DNA of 64,000 nt from Macrostomum lignano (lineage: Eukaryota). This document shows, in pieces, positions 12,463-24,716 of this stretch. The DNA lies in assembly GCA_002269645.1 (NCBI GenBank), contig NIVC01003040.1, positions 59,666 through 123,665 on the forward strand, in the 5' to 3' direction. Position 1 is the first letter of the stretch. Every line of letters begins with the position of its first letter. The notes below the pieces were generated by a model. That model was not told the origin of the DNA. It did no database searches and saw only the letters and a program-made list of their open reading frames with translations. The translations under genes and the position numbers were made by a program.

Positions 12463-13269
12463 ACCAAAACCTGCAGCGTTTGCCGGCGCAGCTTCGATCC
12501 CGAGCGCATCGCGGCCCACCGAGGCGCCTGCGGCAGCGACACACGTCAAGACGGCGCAGCCAGCATCGTCTGTTTTGTCTGTGGTGGAGCCGCGGGTTCC
12601 TCAGTGTCGTCGGCCGCTCGTCACGAGAGCCGCTGTCTGGCGGACTGGCGGGCCAGCGTTGCCGACCTGCCGAGGCGGCTGCGCCCGCCGGATCCCAACC
12701 GGCCAGCCGTCGCTGCCATCGGCGCCATCGCAGAGTACAACCGGCTGGCAGCGGAGGCGGCCCAGGCTGCCATGCCGGGCTGCCCGCGATGCCGGAGGAG
12801 GCACCGGCCGCACCGCCTGCTCGCTCATCTGCAAGCCTGCGGCGGAGGCGGAAGCGGAGGCGGAGGCAGAGGCGGAAGCGGAAGCGGAGGCAGAGGCGGA
12901 AGCGGAAGCGGAGGCGGAGGCAGAGGCGGAAGCGGAAGCGGAGGCGGAAGCGGAGGCGGAGGCGGAAGCGGAGGCGGAGGCAGAGGCGGAGGCGGAAGCG
13001 GAAGCGGAGGCAGAGGCGGAAGCGGAGGCGGAGGCGGAAGCGGAGGCGGAGGCGGAGGCGGAGGCAGAGGCGGAAGCGGAAGCGGAGGCAGAGGCGGAAG
13101 CGGAAGCGGAAGCGGAGGCAGAGGCGGAAGCGGAGGCAGAGGCGGAAGCGGAGGCAGAGGCGGAAGCGGAGGCGGATGCAGAGGCGGAGGCAGAGGCGGA
13201 AGCGGAAGCGGAGGCAGAGGCGGAAGCGGAGGCGGCCTAATCGGCAACACAAAGAATCAAACGCACTGA
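12463..13269 (+). CDS. ZNF474-like C2HC zinc-finger protein exon; upstream exon not identified; Gly-rich tail of uncertain coding status
   Basis: Acceptor tttccag at 12456-12462. Three C2HC fingers: 'CSVCRRSFDPERIAAHRGAC', 'VCFVCG...ARHESRC', 'CPRCRRRHRPHRLLAHLQAC'. The linker 'CLADWRASVADLPRRLRPPDP...EYNRLAAEAAQA' matches the ZNF474-family pattern (C..kW...n..LP..LRrp.P...n..A...aq). Confidence 0.75.
   Translation, partial: TKTCSVCRRSFDPERIAAHRGACGSDTRQDGAASIVCFVCGGAAGSSVSSAARHESRCLADWRASVADLPRRLRPPDPNRPAVAAIGAIAEYNRLAAEAAQAAMPGCPRCRRRHRPHRLLAHLQACGGGGSGGGGRGGSGSGGRGGSGSGGGGRGGSGSGGGSGGGGGSGGGGRGGGGSGSGGRGGSGGGGGSGGGGGGGGRGGSGSGGRGGSGSGSGGRGGSGGRGGSGGRGGSGGGCRGGGRGGSGSGGRGGSGGGLIGNTKNQTH
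12841..13236. repeat. Hexamer repeat (gcggag/gcggaa/gcagag)n; Gly/Ser/Arg-rich in the ZNF474 frame
   Basis: Seen directly. Confidence 0.95.
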
Positions 13270-14049
13270 CGCGAAGTTCAGAAAGTTCTGCAGGCTGATT
13301 GGTGTGGCTGACCTTCAAGATCTGTGGCCAAATTATTTAGCATTGTCAAACACATTTAATTAACACTGCTGCATCACAAGTACGCTGCGACCAACCAGAA
13401 AGACACGTGTCTGACAAAACACTGACAGGCTGCGCTAATGGATTCTGCCCAGTTTATCACCTGGTTTAACCAACGATTGATTAATCTGACAAATCCCCGC
13501 ACTGTTGTAATACCTTTGCAAAGTATTTTCTCAGGTGACATTTAGGTGACATCTGCGTGTTTCAACATGCCCCGTCACTGCTACGAGCAGCTGTTTGCGA
13601 ATTCAAACATGCAAGGCTGTTTAGAATATTTTAAGTACTACTATCAGTAGACTGGTTGGCTTGCTTCACTCCGTTGATCGCCTGTTAATTATAAGAAGCA
13701 TTTTGCACATGCCGTAGTCAAAAAATTTCACTGCCAAAGTTTTTTTCGATAAGATAGCCTAAATTAGTCTGCCCAGACGCACACAGAAGCCTCGAGACCG
13801 AATGTCACTTACTGACCAGACTAACCACAACCAGCTAGTGCAGTAGAAATATGAAGCCAAAACAATCTTGGCAACTAATTTGAGGAGAGAATTTTGTGCC
13901 ATTTTTTGTTTTTGTTGTTTTATTTTGCCCAAGACATTGCATGCAGGGCCCGTCAGTTGCCAAGCTGCCACGAAAGAATTCTCAGGTAGGATTTGTCTCT
14001 GCTGATTAACTCTGCTCACTTCAGTTAGCTCCCTCTTGATAGAGTGGAT

Positions 14050-14690
14050 TAGACAGGTGTGGAATAAACAGGTGTAGAATAGACAGGTGGAATTAAACAG
14101 GTGGGGAATAGACAGGTGGGGAATAGACAGATAGACAATACACAGGTGGGGAATAGACAGGTGGGGAATAGACAGGTGGGGAATAGACAGGTGGGGACTA
14201 GACAGGTGGGAAAAGACAGGTGGGAAAAGACAGGTGGGGAATAGACAGGTGGGAAAAGACAGGTGGGGAATAGACAGGTGGGGAATAGACAGGTGGGAAT
14301 AGACAGGTGGGGAATAGACAGGTGGGGAATAGACAGGTGGGGAATAGACAGGTGGGGAATAGACAGGTGGGAAAAGACAGGTGGGGAATAGACAGGTGGA
14401 GAATAGACAGGTGGGGAATAGACAGGTGGGAATAGACAGGTGGGAATAGACAGGTGGGGAATAGACAGGTGGGAAAAGACAGGTGGGGAATAGACAGGTG
14501 GGGAATAGACAGGTGGGGAATAGACAGGTGGGAAAAGACAGGTGGGGAATAGACAGGTGGAGAATAGACAGGTGGGGAATAGACAGGTGGGGAATAGACA
14601 GGTGGGAAAAGACAGGTGGGAAAAGACAGGTGGGGAATAGACAGGTGGGAAAAGACAGGTGGGAAAAGACAGGTGGGGAATAGCTCGTAG
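14050..14690. repeat. 15-16-bp minisatellite (gaatagacaggtggg[g]), ~40 copies
   Basis: Seen directly; the same unit recurs at 16270-16580. Confidence 0.95.
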
Positions 14691-15167
14691 ACAGGCGGGG
14701 ACTCTCTTCCACTTCGCTTAACCGCATTTTTCAACCTCCTGATCCTCCCTTCATGCCCCTAATCAAGGGATCAGGGAAATCTATCCTTCAATAAGTGCGT
14801 TATCTCTGAGTCAGCCAGTCCAATTTAAACCAAGGAGTTTGGTAGCTCAACCCCGCTGCATCCTCAAGGCAAATCATTGAATAAAATAGCAAATTCTAAG
14901 CGACTGACGGTCAATTGAAACGCCTCTGCTCAAGACGGAAGCCGGCTGGCAGAATTTCACCCCACCCAAGTTGGCAATATCCGCGCATTGGCTTCCATGC
15001 CGCCATCAATAGGGGATAATTCTCCCCACTCAGCCAGCCAATCCCCGGAGCCGATATGTGATGGGGAATACAATGGGAAGCAGCCCAGCCTAAAAGCTTA
15101 GATTTTTTGCAGCAACTCAAAGGGAAGCTGCAGGGTTCAACAGGAGGTTTCAGCGCTCTTTGGAAGC

Positions 15168-18100
15168 ATGACGGAGCTACTGCAGCGAAGTCGCAGCTCA
15201 CGCTCCGACGGCGACTTCAGCATCGTCACGTCCAGGACTGAGCAGCAGATACCGCCCATTCTGATCGACTTCAGGGGCTCCCGGCGGTGCACCCGAGGCT
15301 CCCTGCCAGCCCTCCTGCCCGACGACCTCTGCAGCAGCGACCGGAGCTGCGACAGTCACCTGAGGCAACGGCGGCACCCTTGCGACGATGTGGATGACTG
15401 CCAGCTGCACAAAAGGCACCATGCACAGCTCGGCGAGCATCCAGACGGCCAAGACCAGCACCCAGCCAGCGGCGGTGGCAGGCTGACTCGCCGAGAGCTC
15501 CGGGAGATGCAGCGGCACAGAATAGTAGGACAATGATGAAGCTGGCACAGCCTCTTCCATGCCAATTCCAGTCTGGCGTGGGCAGGTGGCCCCTTAGCAT
15601 GACTTTTATTGCACCTCATCAAGTATTCCGGCATCAGCTTTCCCCCGACACAGCAATGGCCGGTGATCAGTCACAGCCCACTCGGATATTATGACAACTC
15701 TTCCAGGAAAATGTTCTGTTAAAGCATGCAGGCCTCTGCATCGCATGTTTTAAATATATTCATAGTTCTACTCGTAAGAGCTATTGATCCATTTCATTAG
15801 CTTCTATGAAGCTGTTCTTTGCACTTCAGTTCTGGATGAGGCCAGCATTAAAGCATCTGCGCTTGTGTTGGGAGCGAATTCTGATTTTCAAACCCGCTCC
15901 ATCACCCTACCTTAATCACCAAGCCCCTGGGGTTAATAATTAATTGCAAGACATGTAGAAAGAATATTTTCGTCGTTCTTTACGACCCTCTTCGCGCTGT
16001 CTGTCCTGGATCTCTGCGCCTCCATGCGAGTCAATGTGAGCGACCTAGTGGGCTAATAAACACACAGCTCTTCTGCAGCCTCCTCTGTGCTGCATCACTA
16101 ATCCATGAGCTTGCACTACTCACCCCTCCTGCTCCTCCTCCTCCTCCTCCTCAATCATCCGCACTGTTTCCAGGCGGCGGCCAAATTTAGCAAGTCCATC
16201 CGGCTGGTGGTGATCATGGTCACGTGGATCCGGGTCATGCTCAAGAGGTGAGTAGAGGCAGCAGTGGAATACGAATAGATAGGTGAGGAATAGACAGGTG
16301 TGGAATAGACAGGTAGAGAATAGACAGGCGTAGAATAGACAGATGGGGAATAGACAGGCGAGGAATAGACAGGTGGCAATAGACAGGTAGAGAATAGACA
16401 GGCGCAGAATAGACAGGCGGGGAAAAGACAGGTGGGGAATAGACAGGTGTGAAAAACACAGGTGAAGAATAGACAGGTGGGGAATAGACAGGTGGGGAAT
16501 TAGACAGGTGGGGAATTAGACAGGTGGGGAATAGACAGGTGTGGAATAGACAGGTGTGGAATAGAAAGGTGTGGATGGCCAAATGTAAAATGCAACATGA
16601 TCTAACAAACCCGATTTCAGAAAGAACTACCAGGAGGACGAGAGCGTGAAGGTGGTGGACACTTTGAAGGGTTTCACCATTGAGAACTCCGACCTGACGT
16701 TCGATCCATCCTATTTTCGAGCTAAACGCGAGGTCAGAAATTAAGCTCTACACTCTGTAATAGATTTTAGATAACTTAAAAAAATAACGCAATTGTCGAG
16801 TATACACTCGTACAGTCGCAGCAGTCATAAAATTTTGTCAAGCAGATCGACCTGACAGGCGAGATGAAGGCCATCCTGCAGCTGGAGCCGCAGGCGCGCA
16901 CTACGGAGCAGGTGCAAACGGTGATGTACGGTCTGCAGACCCTGCCGACCTTCAACGAATACCCGCTGCGCACCCAGGAAAAGCTGGCAAGGGTGGCCTT
17001 CTACCAGTCTGTGCCACCGGGCCGTCTGATCATCCGGCAGGGTCACATCGGGGTCAACTTCTACATCATCATCAGGGGCCGCGTGATTGTCAGCGTCATG
17101 CAGGAGGACCGGCGGACCGGCGACACTCGGACCAACATTGTGGCCCGGCTGGGCCAGGTGAGTGCTTGGCTAGATTAGCAATCCATTCTGGTCCTTCTGT
17201 TCCATATTGGCTGTGCTAGCAATCCGCTTCATCGCTCGCAGGGACAGTCCTTCGGCGAGGTGGCCCTGCTGCGGCAGGTCGCCCGCACAGCCAGTGTGGT
17301 CAGCCAGGACGCGACGCAGCTGCTGGCCATCGGGCGCGAGGAATTCAACGAGATCTTCACCAAGCCGGAGCCCGGTCGGCTGCTGCCCGGCCACGTAGAA
17401 TTCCTGGCCGGCTGCGGCTTCATGCGCAGCTTCCCGCTGGAGCGGCTGTCGCAGCAACCGTCTGCCTGCCTGCTGACCTTCTTTAGGCGCAACGCATTGA
17501 TCGCACCGGACAGCAAGGCGCACCCGCACCTGGTGGTGGTCCGGTCCGGCTCCTGCCGGGTGGTCAAGAACCTCGAGCTGTCGGCCGACAGCTTAAACGG
17601 AGCTGCCGAGGACGAGGAGGCGGCTGGCGCAGCCGAGAGAAGCGGTGTCAGTTTCGGCAAAGATGTCGGCAGGAGCGGTGAGAGGCAGATGAGCAATGGT
17701 CACTGCGCTACTAAGTCTCATTGTAAAAAAGCGGTATTTGGTAGTAAAGAAAAGATTGCCTAATTGCACACCTAACTGCCTTGTTTATGCAAGTTGGAAT
17801 TCAAATAGTAAGAGACTAAGGCTTCACATAGAAGTGGAATGAAAATTGGGGGACAAAAAGGTGAGACAATTAGCTCGTATTTGGCCAGTGCTAGGAGTGC
17901 CTTGAATGCCTTTAAGTAAAAAGTCACCATTCGCGCGAAATTGCTCAGAGCCCAAGGTGGACACCTGGCGAAGAAGACCCCAGGCATTCGCTGCCTCCCT
18001 AACAGTTGGAAGCAAGCATCATCAAGGCCAGGTGTCGCCTCGGTATTGGCAGCCGCAGCCGGTGCAGCTCCAGGTATCCAGACACGAGCACCACGGCGCA

Positions 18101-18843
18101 GCGACGGTCCTGGAGGTGTCGCGGCCCGGGCATCATCCACATCAGCTGCAGGCGCTGATGGAAGCCGAGGAGCTGCCGGAGCGGCCGAAGCTGCGCCGGC
18201 GCCTGGCGATGAATGCCGGGAGAAAGCGGCGCGGAGAAGACAGTCGTGGCGGTGCAAGTCAGCACTCTGAAGCCTGGCGACGTTTTTGTGAGTTTCTGCC
18301 GCTTTGCTCAATCGGTACTTCGAGGTAGGGCGGGAGAGGCCACTGGAAGGTCAAGGCGATCTCTTGGTGTGTTTTAGCCATTCTGTTGGCATATAGCTAG
18401 CCAATGTTCCGCCTTTGTTTCAGGGCCTGTCTGACGTGATTTTCAAAGGCGAGAGCAATCCAGAGATTGAGGCGAGCGCCAGTGTGGCCTTGGTAAGATA
18501 GCTTTAATACACGATGGTGACGTCTATCGCATTGATTGGAATCCGTGCACCAATGCGCAACTTGTGTGTGAACTGATGCACCGCGCACTACTCTTCACAG
18601 GTGAGCAACGGCGCCGAATGCGTACTGCTCAGCAAGGCCTTCTTTGTACAGCACGCTACGGAGCAGGTGCGACGCGATGTACGTGAATTGGCCAGGCCCT
18701 ACCCAGAGGAGGCCGTGTTTGAGGACAACTACCGCTGCCAGGTCGCCTGGACAAGTACAGGCGGCGATTGTTCCGCGACACCCTGCGGCGCATCGACGCG
18801 GCGCGCGGTGGCGATAAGTGACAGCGATTTTGATGTCTTTTGA
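15168..18843 (+). CDS. Cyclic nucleotide-binding domain protein, CNBD2-like, multi-exon
   Basis: Phase-compatible exons: 15168-15524 (tentative, weak GTAGGA donor), 16174-16247, 16621-16732 ('LTFDPSYFRAKRE'), 16843-17157 ('IIRQGHIGVNFYIIIRGRV'), 17242-~17644 ('GQSFGEVALLRQVARTASVV', PBC motif, then a second CNB-like repeat), ~18028-18260 (uncertain), 18601-18843 ('VSNGAECVLLSKAFF...PYPEE'). GT/AG junctions were checked for the middle exons. Confidence 0.8.
16270..16580. repeat. gaatagacaggtgg minisatellite in intron 2 of the CNBD2-like gene
   Basis: Seen directly; more degenerate than the 14050-14690 array. Confidence 0.92.
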
Positions 18844-19522
18844 ACGATCACAAATGGCAGTTTGGACTGACAATTTGCTTGTTTTCCAAAACAAAACGCC
18901 TGTTTGCATATACTGGAGTAGACATACCACAGTGAGCGAGCTATACTTGATTGCAATTCATGCTCAGACTTGGAATCTTCGAGTCTCAATACTATGGTAA
19001 CAGGCTTCCACTATTTGTGGATACAAACATAAGGTTTTGTTTTAATATGTGTTGCATTGTGGCATGCTTTCTCACTAGTTATGCTACTGTTGCGCTTGTG
19101 CAAAATTATGGACTAAAAAGCAAAACCACAGATTTTGTAAAAAACGATCTCACAAATAGGTGAACATATTGGCACAGGTAAGACACTCGTACATTCAAGA
19201 TCTTGATTGCGCTTCTATTTGCTCATCGACGGGTCATGATGCATTGCAAAATCAACACTAAAAACAATTTGTCTGCCTGTCGTATTGTATACTAGAGGAC
19301 TATGCAAAGAAATGTCGCAATACTACTTGAATATTTTACTGCTTGCTAATAATTTCAGCATTGGCTAACAGACTAAAGTTGATAAAATGGCTTAAAAAAT
19401 CTAGCAAGAAGTTCCACTTGCAATTATAGAAATCTTCTTCAGGCTACAAAAAAGTGCTCTAAGGCTTTGCAAACAAAGGAAGGACAAAAAAGGAGTCATA
19501 TGAATGAACATTGAACTGTTTA

Positions 19523-20307
19523 TCAGTAGAAGATCATGCAAGTATTTCCAGAGCCAAGAGTGCTTAATTCAAGCAACTCAAAGATCCGACATGAAGTAAA
19601 CAGGCTGGTTGAAGACGGGAACTTTGAATCTTCTGCGCGCGACGGACATTCTGTTGAACCAAGAAACTCCACCCGGTACTGGCCGCTGAAGAGGCTGCGG
19701 GTGCACTCCTCTGTGATGGCGTGCGGCGGACCCGCGTACTTGCTGCGGTCGTAATCGGCCAGCTCCATCAGCCAGGCGTTGCTTGGTCGCACAGCTCTCT
19801 CACACGTCTGACGTACTTCGCACGGTCAGGGACGTCTATGGCTACAAGGGCTGCCCTGTCCCACACAAGCTGACACGACGACTTCAGCTCTCGGTCAGCA
19901 AGCTGTCTGAGAACAGGTCTCCCAGGTAGAACTTCAGCCTGCCGTCCGAGCTCTCCCAGCACTCGACGCCGGGACCCACTGATCGACGACGCGACGGGTC
20001 GTCGCCGAGCTGCGGGTTCTCCGACAGTAGGCGCTGCAGGGCCAGCTCGCTGATCTCGATGCCGCACACGGACGACACTTCGGGCCGGGCCAGCAGCCAC
20101 GCCAGGTCTCGGACGCTCCGCACAGCGGCACCAGCACCGACACGGCGTCTCTCTTGCCCTCAGGCAGCTGCGACACAGCGTAAGACCAAAACTCAACCAG
20201 ACTACCGGTTACTTCCTCTTGATGGAATCCGGTGGCGCCACGCTTCCAACGACCCTGCAATCGTCTGGACTGACGGCATTTGATTCGAGAGGCTGGCTAT
20301 CTGTCAT
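19523..20307 (-). CDS. Thiopurine S-methyltransferase-like, copy A; intronless, several frameshifts (pseudogene or assembly error)
   Basis: Across frames: 'MTDSQPLESNAVSPDD(W)QGRWKRGATGFHQEEV', 'VLVPLCGA', 'VCGIEISELA', 'VWDRAALVAI', 'YDRSKYAGPPHA'. These match the TPMT motifs W..G..GFH, VPLCG, GVEISE, WDRxALVAI and GPP. Confidence 0.8.
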
Positions 20308-20979
20308 AGTTGATCTGCAAAGTTTGGTCATTTTTACTGTGTAATTCTTTACTAATCAAGCAGTTCGTGGCACTGACGCTCAAGCTATTAGGAGCAGGGC
20401 TGCAGGAGACAGACAGGACAATGAGAAGCCTATCTAAATACTGAGGAAAAGAACCTACACTAGCAGTGCGCGATATTTTTTTAATCTAAAGCTGAATGTT
20501 GCTGGTAAATCAACTTTTAACAGAACAAGGTCAGTTTCATTCAAAGTCAGCGGCAAGGAGTTAAGAGATTAAACACATTTTTTCATAATGAAAATCAAAG
20601 ACTGCATAGTGAATTCAAGACACGAGCTCTTAAAGTCACGTGCGTTTCTAATTAAAAATGCACGAATAAAAAATTGTCTGCTAATAAATCAGGCCTTAGC
20701 TCTAATGCGCGAAATGTGCTGGCAATAAACACGCATGCTCATGGAGTGAGATGGGTTTCAAATACATGAACTCGATGGCAACGGAGAAGATAAACTAACG
20801 ATTGACAAGACTTATCACCAAATGAAATCATATTGCTTATTAGTCAGAGAAGACACAAACTGAAGTATTCAGGAAATCAATAGAAATCAGGAATTATGGG
20901 AATGCCGCACTGAATTTCAAAGTCAAAGACGATTACGTGATAAGCAGAGTGGTACTCCGAATCGCCATGATCCAGATAG

Positions 20980-21716
20980 CTAATGGCTGGACAGAATGTA
21001 CACCATCTGCCAGTACTGGGACAGCTTGAAGAACGTGGCCTGCCTGGGATTCTGCGCCCTCTCCACCAGCTGAACCGTGTAAGCTTCGGCGAAAATTCTG
21101 TGCACGCACTCTTCAAAGGTGGCATGCGGCGGACCACCGTACTCACAGCGGTCGTACTTAACCATCTCAATCAGCTACACGTGCTGCGTCTCGCACATGG
21201 CCCTCAGACTGCTGATATACATGTACCTGTCTCTGTCGGGAACATCGACAGCCACCATCGATCGATCCCACACCAGCTGGCACGACGACTTCAGCTCGGT
21301 CAGCAAGCTGTCTGAGAACAGGTCTCCCAGGTAGAACTTCAGCCTGCCGTCCGAGCTCTCCCAGCACTCGACGCCGGGACCAGTGGTCGACGACGCGACG
21401 GGTCGTCGCCGATCTGCGGGTTCTCCGACAGCAGGCGCTGCAGGGCCAGCTCGCTGATCTCGATGCCGCACACGGACGACACCTCGGGCCGGGCCAGCAG
21501 CCACGCCAGATCTCGGGACGCTCCACACAGCGGCACCAGCACCGACACGGCGTCTCTCTTGCCCTCAGGCAGCTGCGATACCGCCTGAGACCACCACTTT
21601 ACCAAGGCAGGAGTGACAACCTCCTGGTGGAAGCCAATCTGACCCTCAGCCCAGATTTGGTCTTTCCAATTGTCTAGACTGGTGGAACGAGAATCCATGG
21701 CACTTTGATCACTCAT
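20980..21716 (-). CDS. Thiopurine S-methyltransferase-like, copy B; intronless, several frameshifts (pseudogene or assembly error)
   Basis: 'MSDQSAM...WAEGQIGFHQEEV', 'VPLCGASRDLAWL', 'GIEISELA', 'VWDRS-MVAVDVPDR', 'YDRCEYGGPPHA'. The central ~300 bp is nearly identical to copy A. Confidence 0.8.
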
Positions 21717-23034
21717 CTTATTGCTGAAATTTTCAGCATGTTATTTTCAAATAACATTTTCAATAGAAATGCTATTTTGTATCATCAAAATCTTGCAGCT
21801 AATGACAATTTAGTGCAACCTTCACATTTATTTGATTGTTAAAGTGAACTTGATTCATAACTGTAGCATACACATGCGTGACCACCCCCTGCCCAGCCTA
21901 CCCAAACCCCCTTATTCCTTCACATCCTGCACAGGCGCCTAATGGGAGCACTTGAGCAAGCATTTCAGCACACAAACACAAGGATCTATCCTCTCTGAGC
22001 AGCGAGACCACTGACAGCTGCAAACACAAAGATCAACGCCAACTTAGGAGAGAGTGCACTTCACAATCACATCACCATCCTGGGCTACGAGACAAGCACA
22101 CAGATGTATGCTAAAGGTTAGACTGTAGCCCAAAACTGCACAACTGTTGGAGTGACTTAGGACCTGCATCTTTACATAAGACTTGCAACTGTTATTGGTG
22201 GTTGTCTCTCCTTAGACAGAGGCCAAAAAAATCAAAGGGGAACCAAGCAAATTTTCACCAAAATATAGCAGCCACACTCTATACCCCTACCCCCTTTAGA
22301 ATCTTTAAGAATCCACCTTCTCCCTTCAAAAAAAGTTCTAGTTGTACTACTAGGCTAAATAGTATTAAAACTCTACTATTTAGGACCACTTGTTACAATA
22401 TAATAGCTACTACAACAAAAGCCACCCAAACTTCATTAAGGCTTCTAAACCAAACTTAAACATAGAACTAACAAGCATAAAAATGGTACAAGCCAATAAC
22501 TCTAAGTATTATAGGGTTATAGGCATGCTCTTTACTGCTTTTTGTACTTTGAATAGTACATTTCTCTTTTTGTATTTGATGTAAGTTGATGGTCATCTTT
22601 CTATTATAAGTTTGTCTACTATAAAATATTAAATACAAGGCCAATAATGACTAATATATATATTATATTACAAAGAAATATATTAAAGTGAATAGGCTGT
22701 TGTTAGAATGATTTACCACTGGTACAATAGTAGCTTCAATGCCCAAGTGGCAAGACATTGCTAACTATGAATTATATTTTCTAACGTGAGATTAGGCCTT
22801 ATCTATGATTAAAAGGTTCTTGGCTTTCTTTATAGAATTATAGTTTAATTACAATTTAAGAATATCTCATTTTGATTTGTCTAAACAGCATATCTATATT
22901 TCTTAGGGACTTCTCTTTTAATTGGCACTAGGCAAATCTGCCTTTTTCTTGCTTTACAATATGCTTTATTCTATTAAGCACTTTTTTATTGGCAAAAATA
23001 TTTTTTTGCCAAAAATCTTTTGAGTGAACATTTA

Positions 23035-24716
23035 AGCCAGGTTGCGGATGGTATGCATGTACGCCGGAACTTTTCCGGCGTACAAAATGGCCACCCTCAG
23101 TCCTTGGCGTACACAATCGGCGTACACAACCCTTGGCGCACTTTGTTGGCGTACACTATTGGCGTACACAAGTAACACAGCCACGCATACTTTTTTGGCG
23201 TACAAATTTTGGTGAATCAATTCATGCCATGCATGAAAATTGTAATGTAAATTAATGTTTTTACGTAAAGTAAAGGAAAATTTATATCGTCAGTGATAAA
23301 CTTTTTGCTTATTTTAAGTTAAAAAAAATAAAATTAGTGTAAAATTTTGCTGAAAGTATTAACTTTGCATTAAATTTTTTGTAGGTGTTATTTAAGTTTG
23401 TTTAAACTGACAATATTCGTAATATTTTAAAGACACTTTTCATACGAAAGCCTTTCCTAGAAAACTCTACTCGTGAAAACCGAGTGACCCTTTTTTAGGA
23501 ATTTTTGGTGTACATTTTAGTGCATGTAGTGAGTCGCTAGTTTAGTTAGGCGCCGCACTAGTCAGCTGTTGCCCTCGCCTTCTCCCCAGGTTTCTGTCTG
23601 CCGCTGGGCAGTTGCCTGTCCCTCCCGCTTGTCCCCTGGCCTGTCCTCTGCTCGTTTGTCTGTCTGTCTGTTTGTCCTCGTTTGCCCCCTTTTGTCTCGT
23701 TTTCCCTTTTTGCAGTGCCCAGACAGCTTGGTCTGGCCTGCCTCTGTTTCGTTCTCTGTCAGGCATCTCCAAATTTGGAGTGCCTTTCTGTTTTCCGGTC
23801 CCACGGTCACGAGTGCCTTCACTTGTGGGCCGTTTCCCCTTGTCATGTGAGTCAGTCACATGACAAGGCCCTCTTCCTTCTTTAGTCCAAAGTGCAATGA
23901 TTTCATCATTGTACGCTGGGCTCGTGTTTATGGGGAGATCACGTGCGCCCGGACCCCCCCTTGCCTCCTCTGAGGCAGGGCCCGCTTGTTTGTTGCTAAA
24001 AATAGCAACAGAGTCACTTATGACTCTCAGCGGGGGCCTTTCGTGCTATGGTGCAATCGATCCTCCCTATAAATGCGGCCCCTCTCATGGCTTGGCTCAG
24101 ACAAGCGTTCCTCGCGTTCCTAGCTTTCCAAGCTTTCCTAGCGTTCCTTCCGTTTCGTTTCTAGCGAACTCTAAGTTGTGTGCCAAGTTGACGCTTAAGT
24201 TGAACTCCAAGACTCCCGACTTTGCGCGTGACTGCCTCTGATTGTTCCTGCTAGCAATTAGCAGGCCAGCTCGGATCGCCCGAAGCTAGCACTTTCGCTC
24301 TCACCCCGCACCAGCCCGGCAGGGACTGCTGACGGTGGGCACCTCTGCGCGAGAACTGCTAAATCTGCACGAAGTGCGAGTCTCCTTCTCTCGTCTTAGT
24401 TATTTGCTTCTACGAGCTCAGCACCTCACCGAAGGCTGCGACTCTGCGAAGCTGGTGGCAGCACTACCAACGCTACTAGATCAACCCGGAGACTTCCCAG
24501 GAGAGCTCAAGGTAGGCAGCTCAAGCAACTACACTTCACTGGTGGCAGCGGTGGGATTCCAAGACCTACGGCTAGGCCACCCGAGACAAAATAAGAGACC
24601 ACCAACAACGAGAACTGTACTTCATGCAACTTTTTGTTTTTGGCGTACACTGGCGTACAAAGTCCTTGACGCCCGAATTTTTTCCGGCGTACACGGGTAC
24701 ATGATCCGCACACTGG
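23035..24716. mobile_element. MITE-like non-autonomous DNA element with ggcgtaca sub-repeats, interrupted by a solo LTR
   Basis: Imperfect terminal inverted repeats: ccaggttgcggat...gtacgccggaa on the left versus ttccggcgtac...atccgcacactgg on the right. Multiple ggcgtaca motifs occur near both ends. Confidence 0.55.
23525..24624 (+). mobile_element. Solo LTR, 1100 bp, with a 4-bp TSD TGCA
   Basis: Starts TGTAGT and ends ACTTCA (imperfect inverted termini TG..CA). TGCA flanks it at 23521-23524 and 24625-24628. It has an internal cctataaa TATA-like box (~24066) and a GC content well above the AT-rich flanks. Removing it rejoins the ggcgtaca-repeat host element. Confidence 0.75.

Noticed and set aside
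12575-13298. (EA)n, poly-Arg and poly-Pro ORFs as an alpha-helical or antifreeze-like protein
   Set aside because: These are alternative frames of a T-poor hexamer repeat; only the frame carrying the zinc fingers has independent support.
19523-21716. Firm pseudogene call for the TPMT copies
   Set aside because: RAD51 in the same window shows the same type of single-base deletions, so assembly error cannot be excluded.
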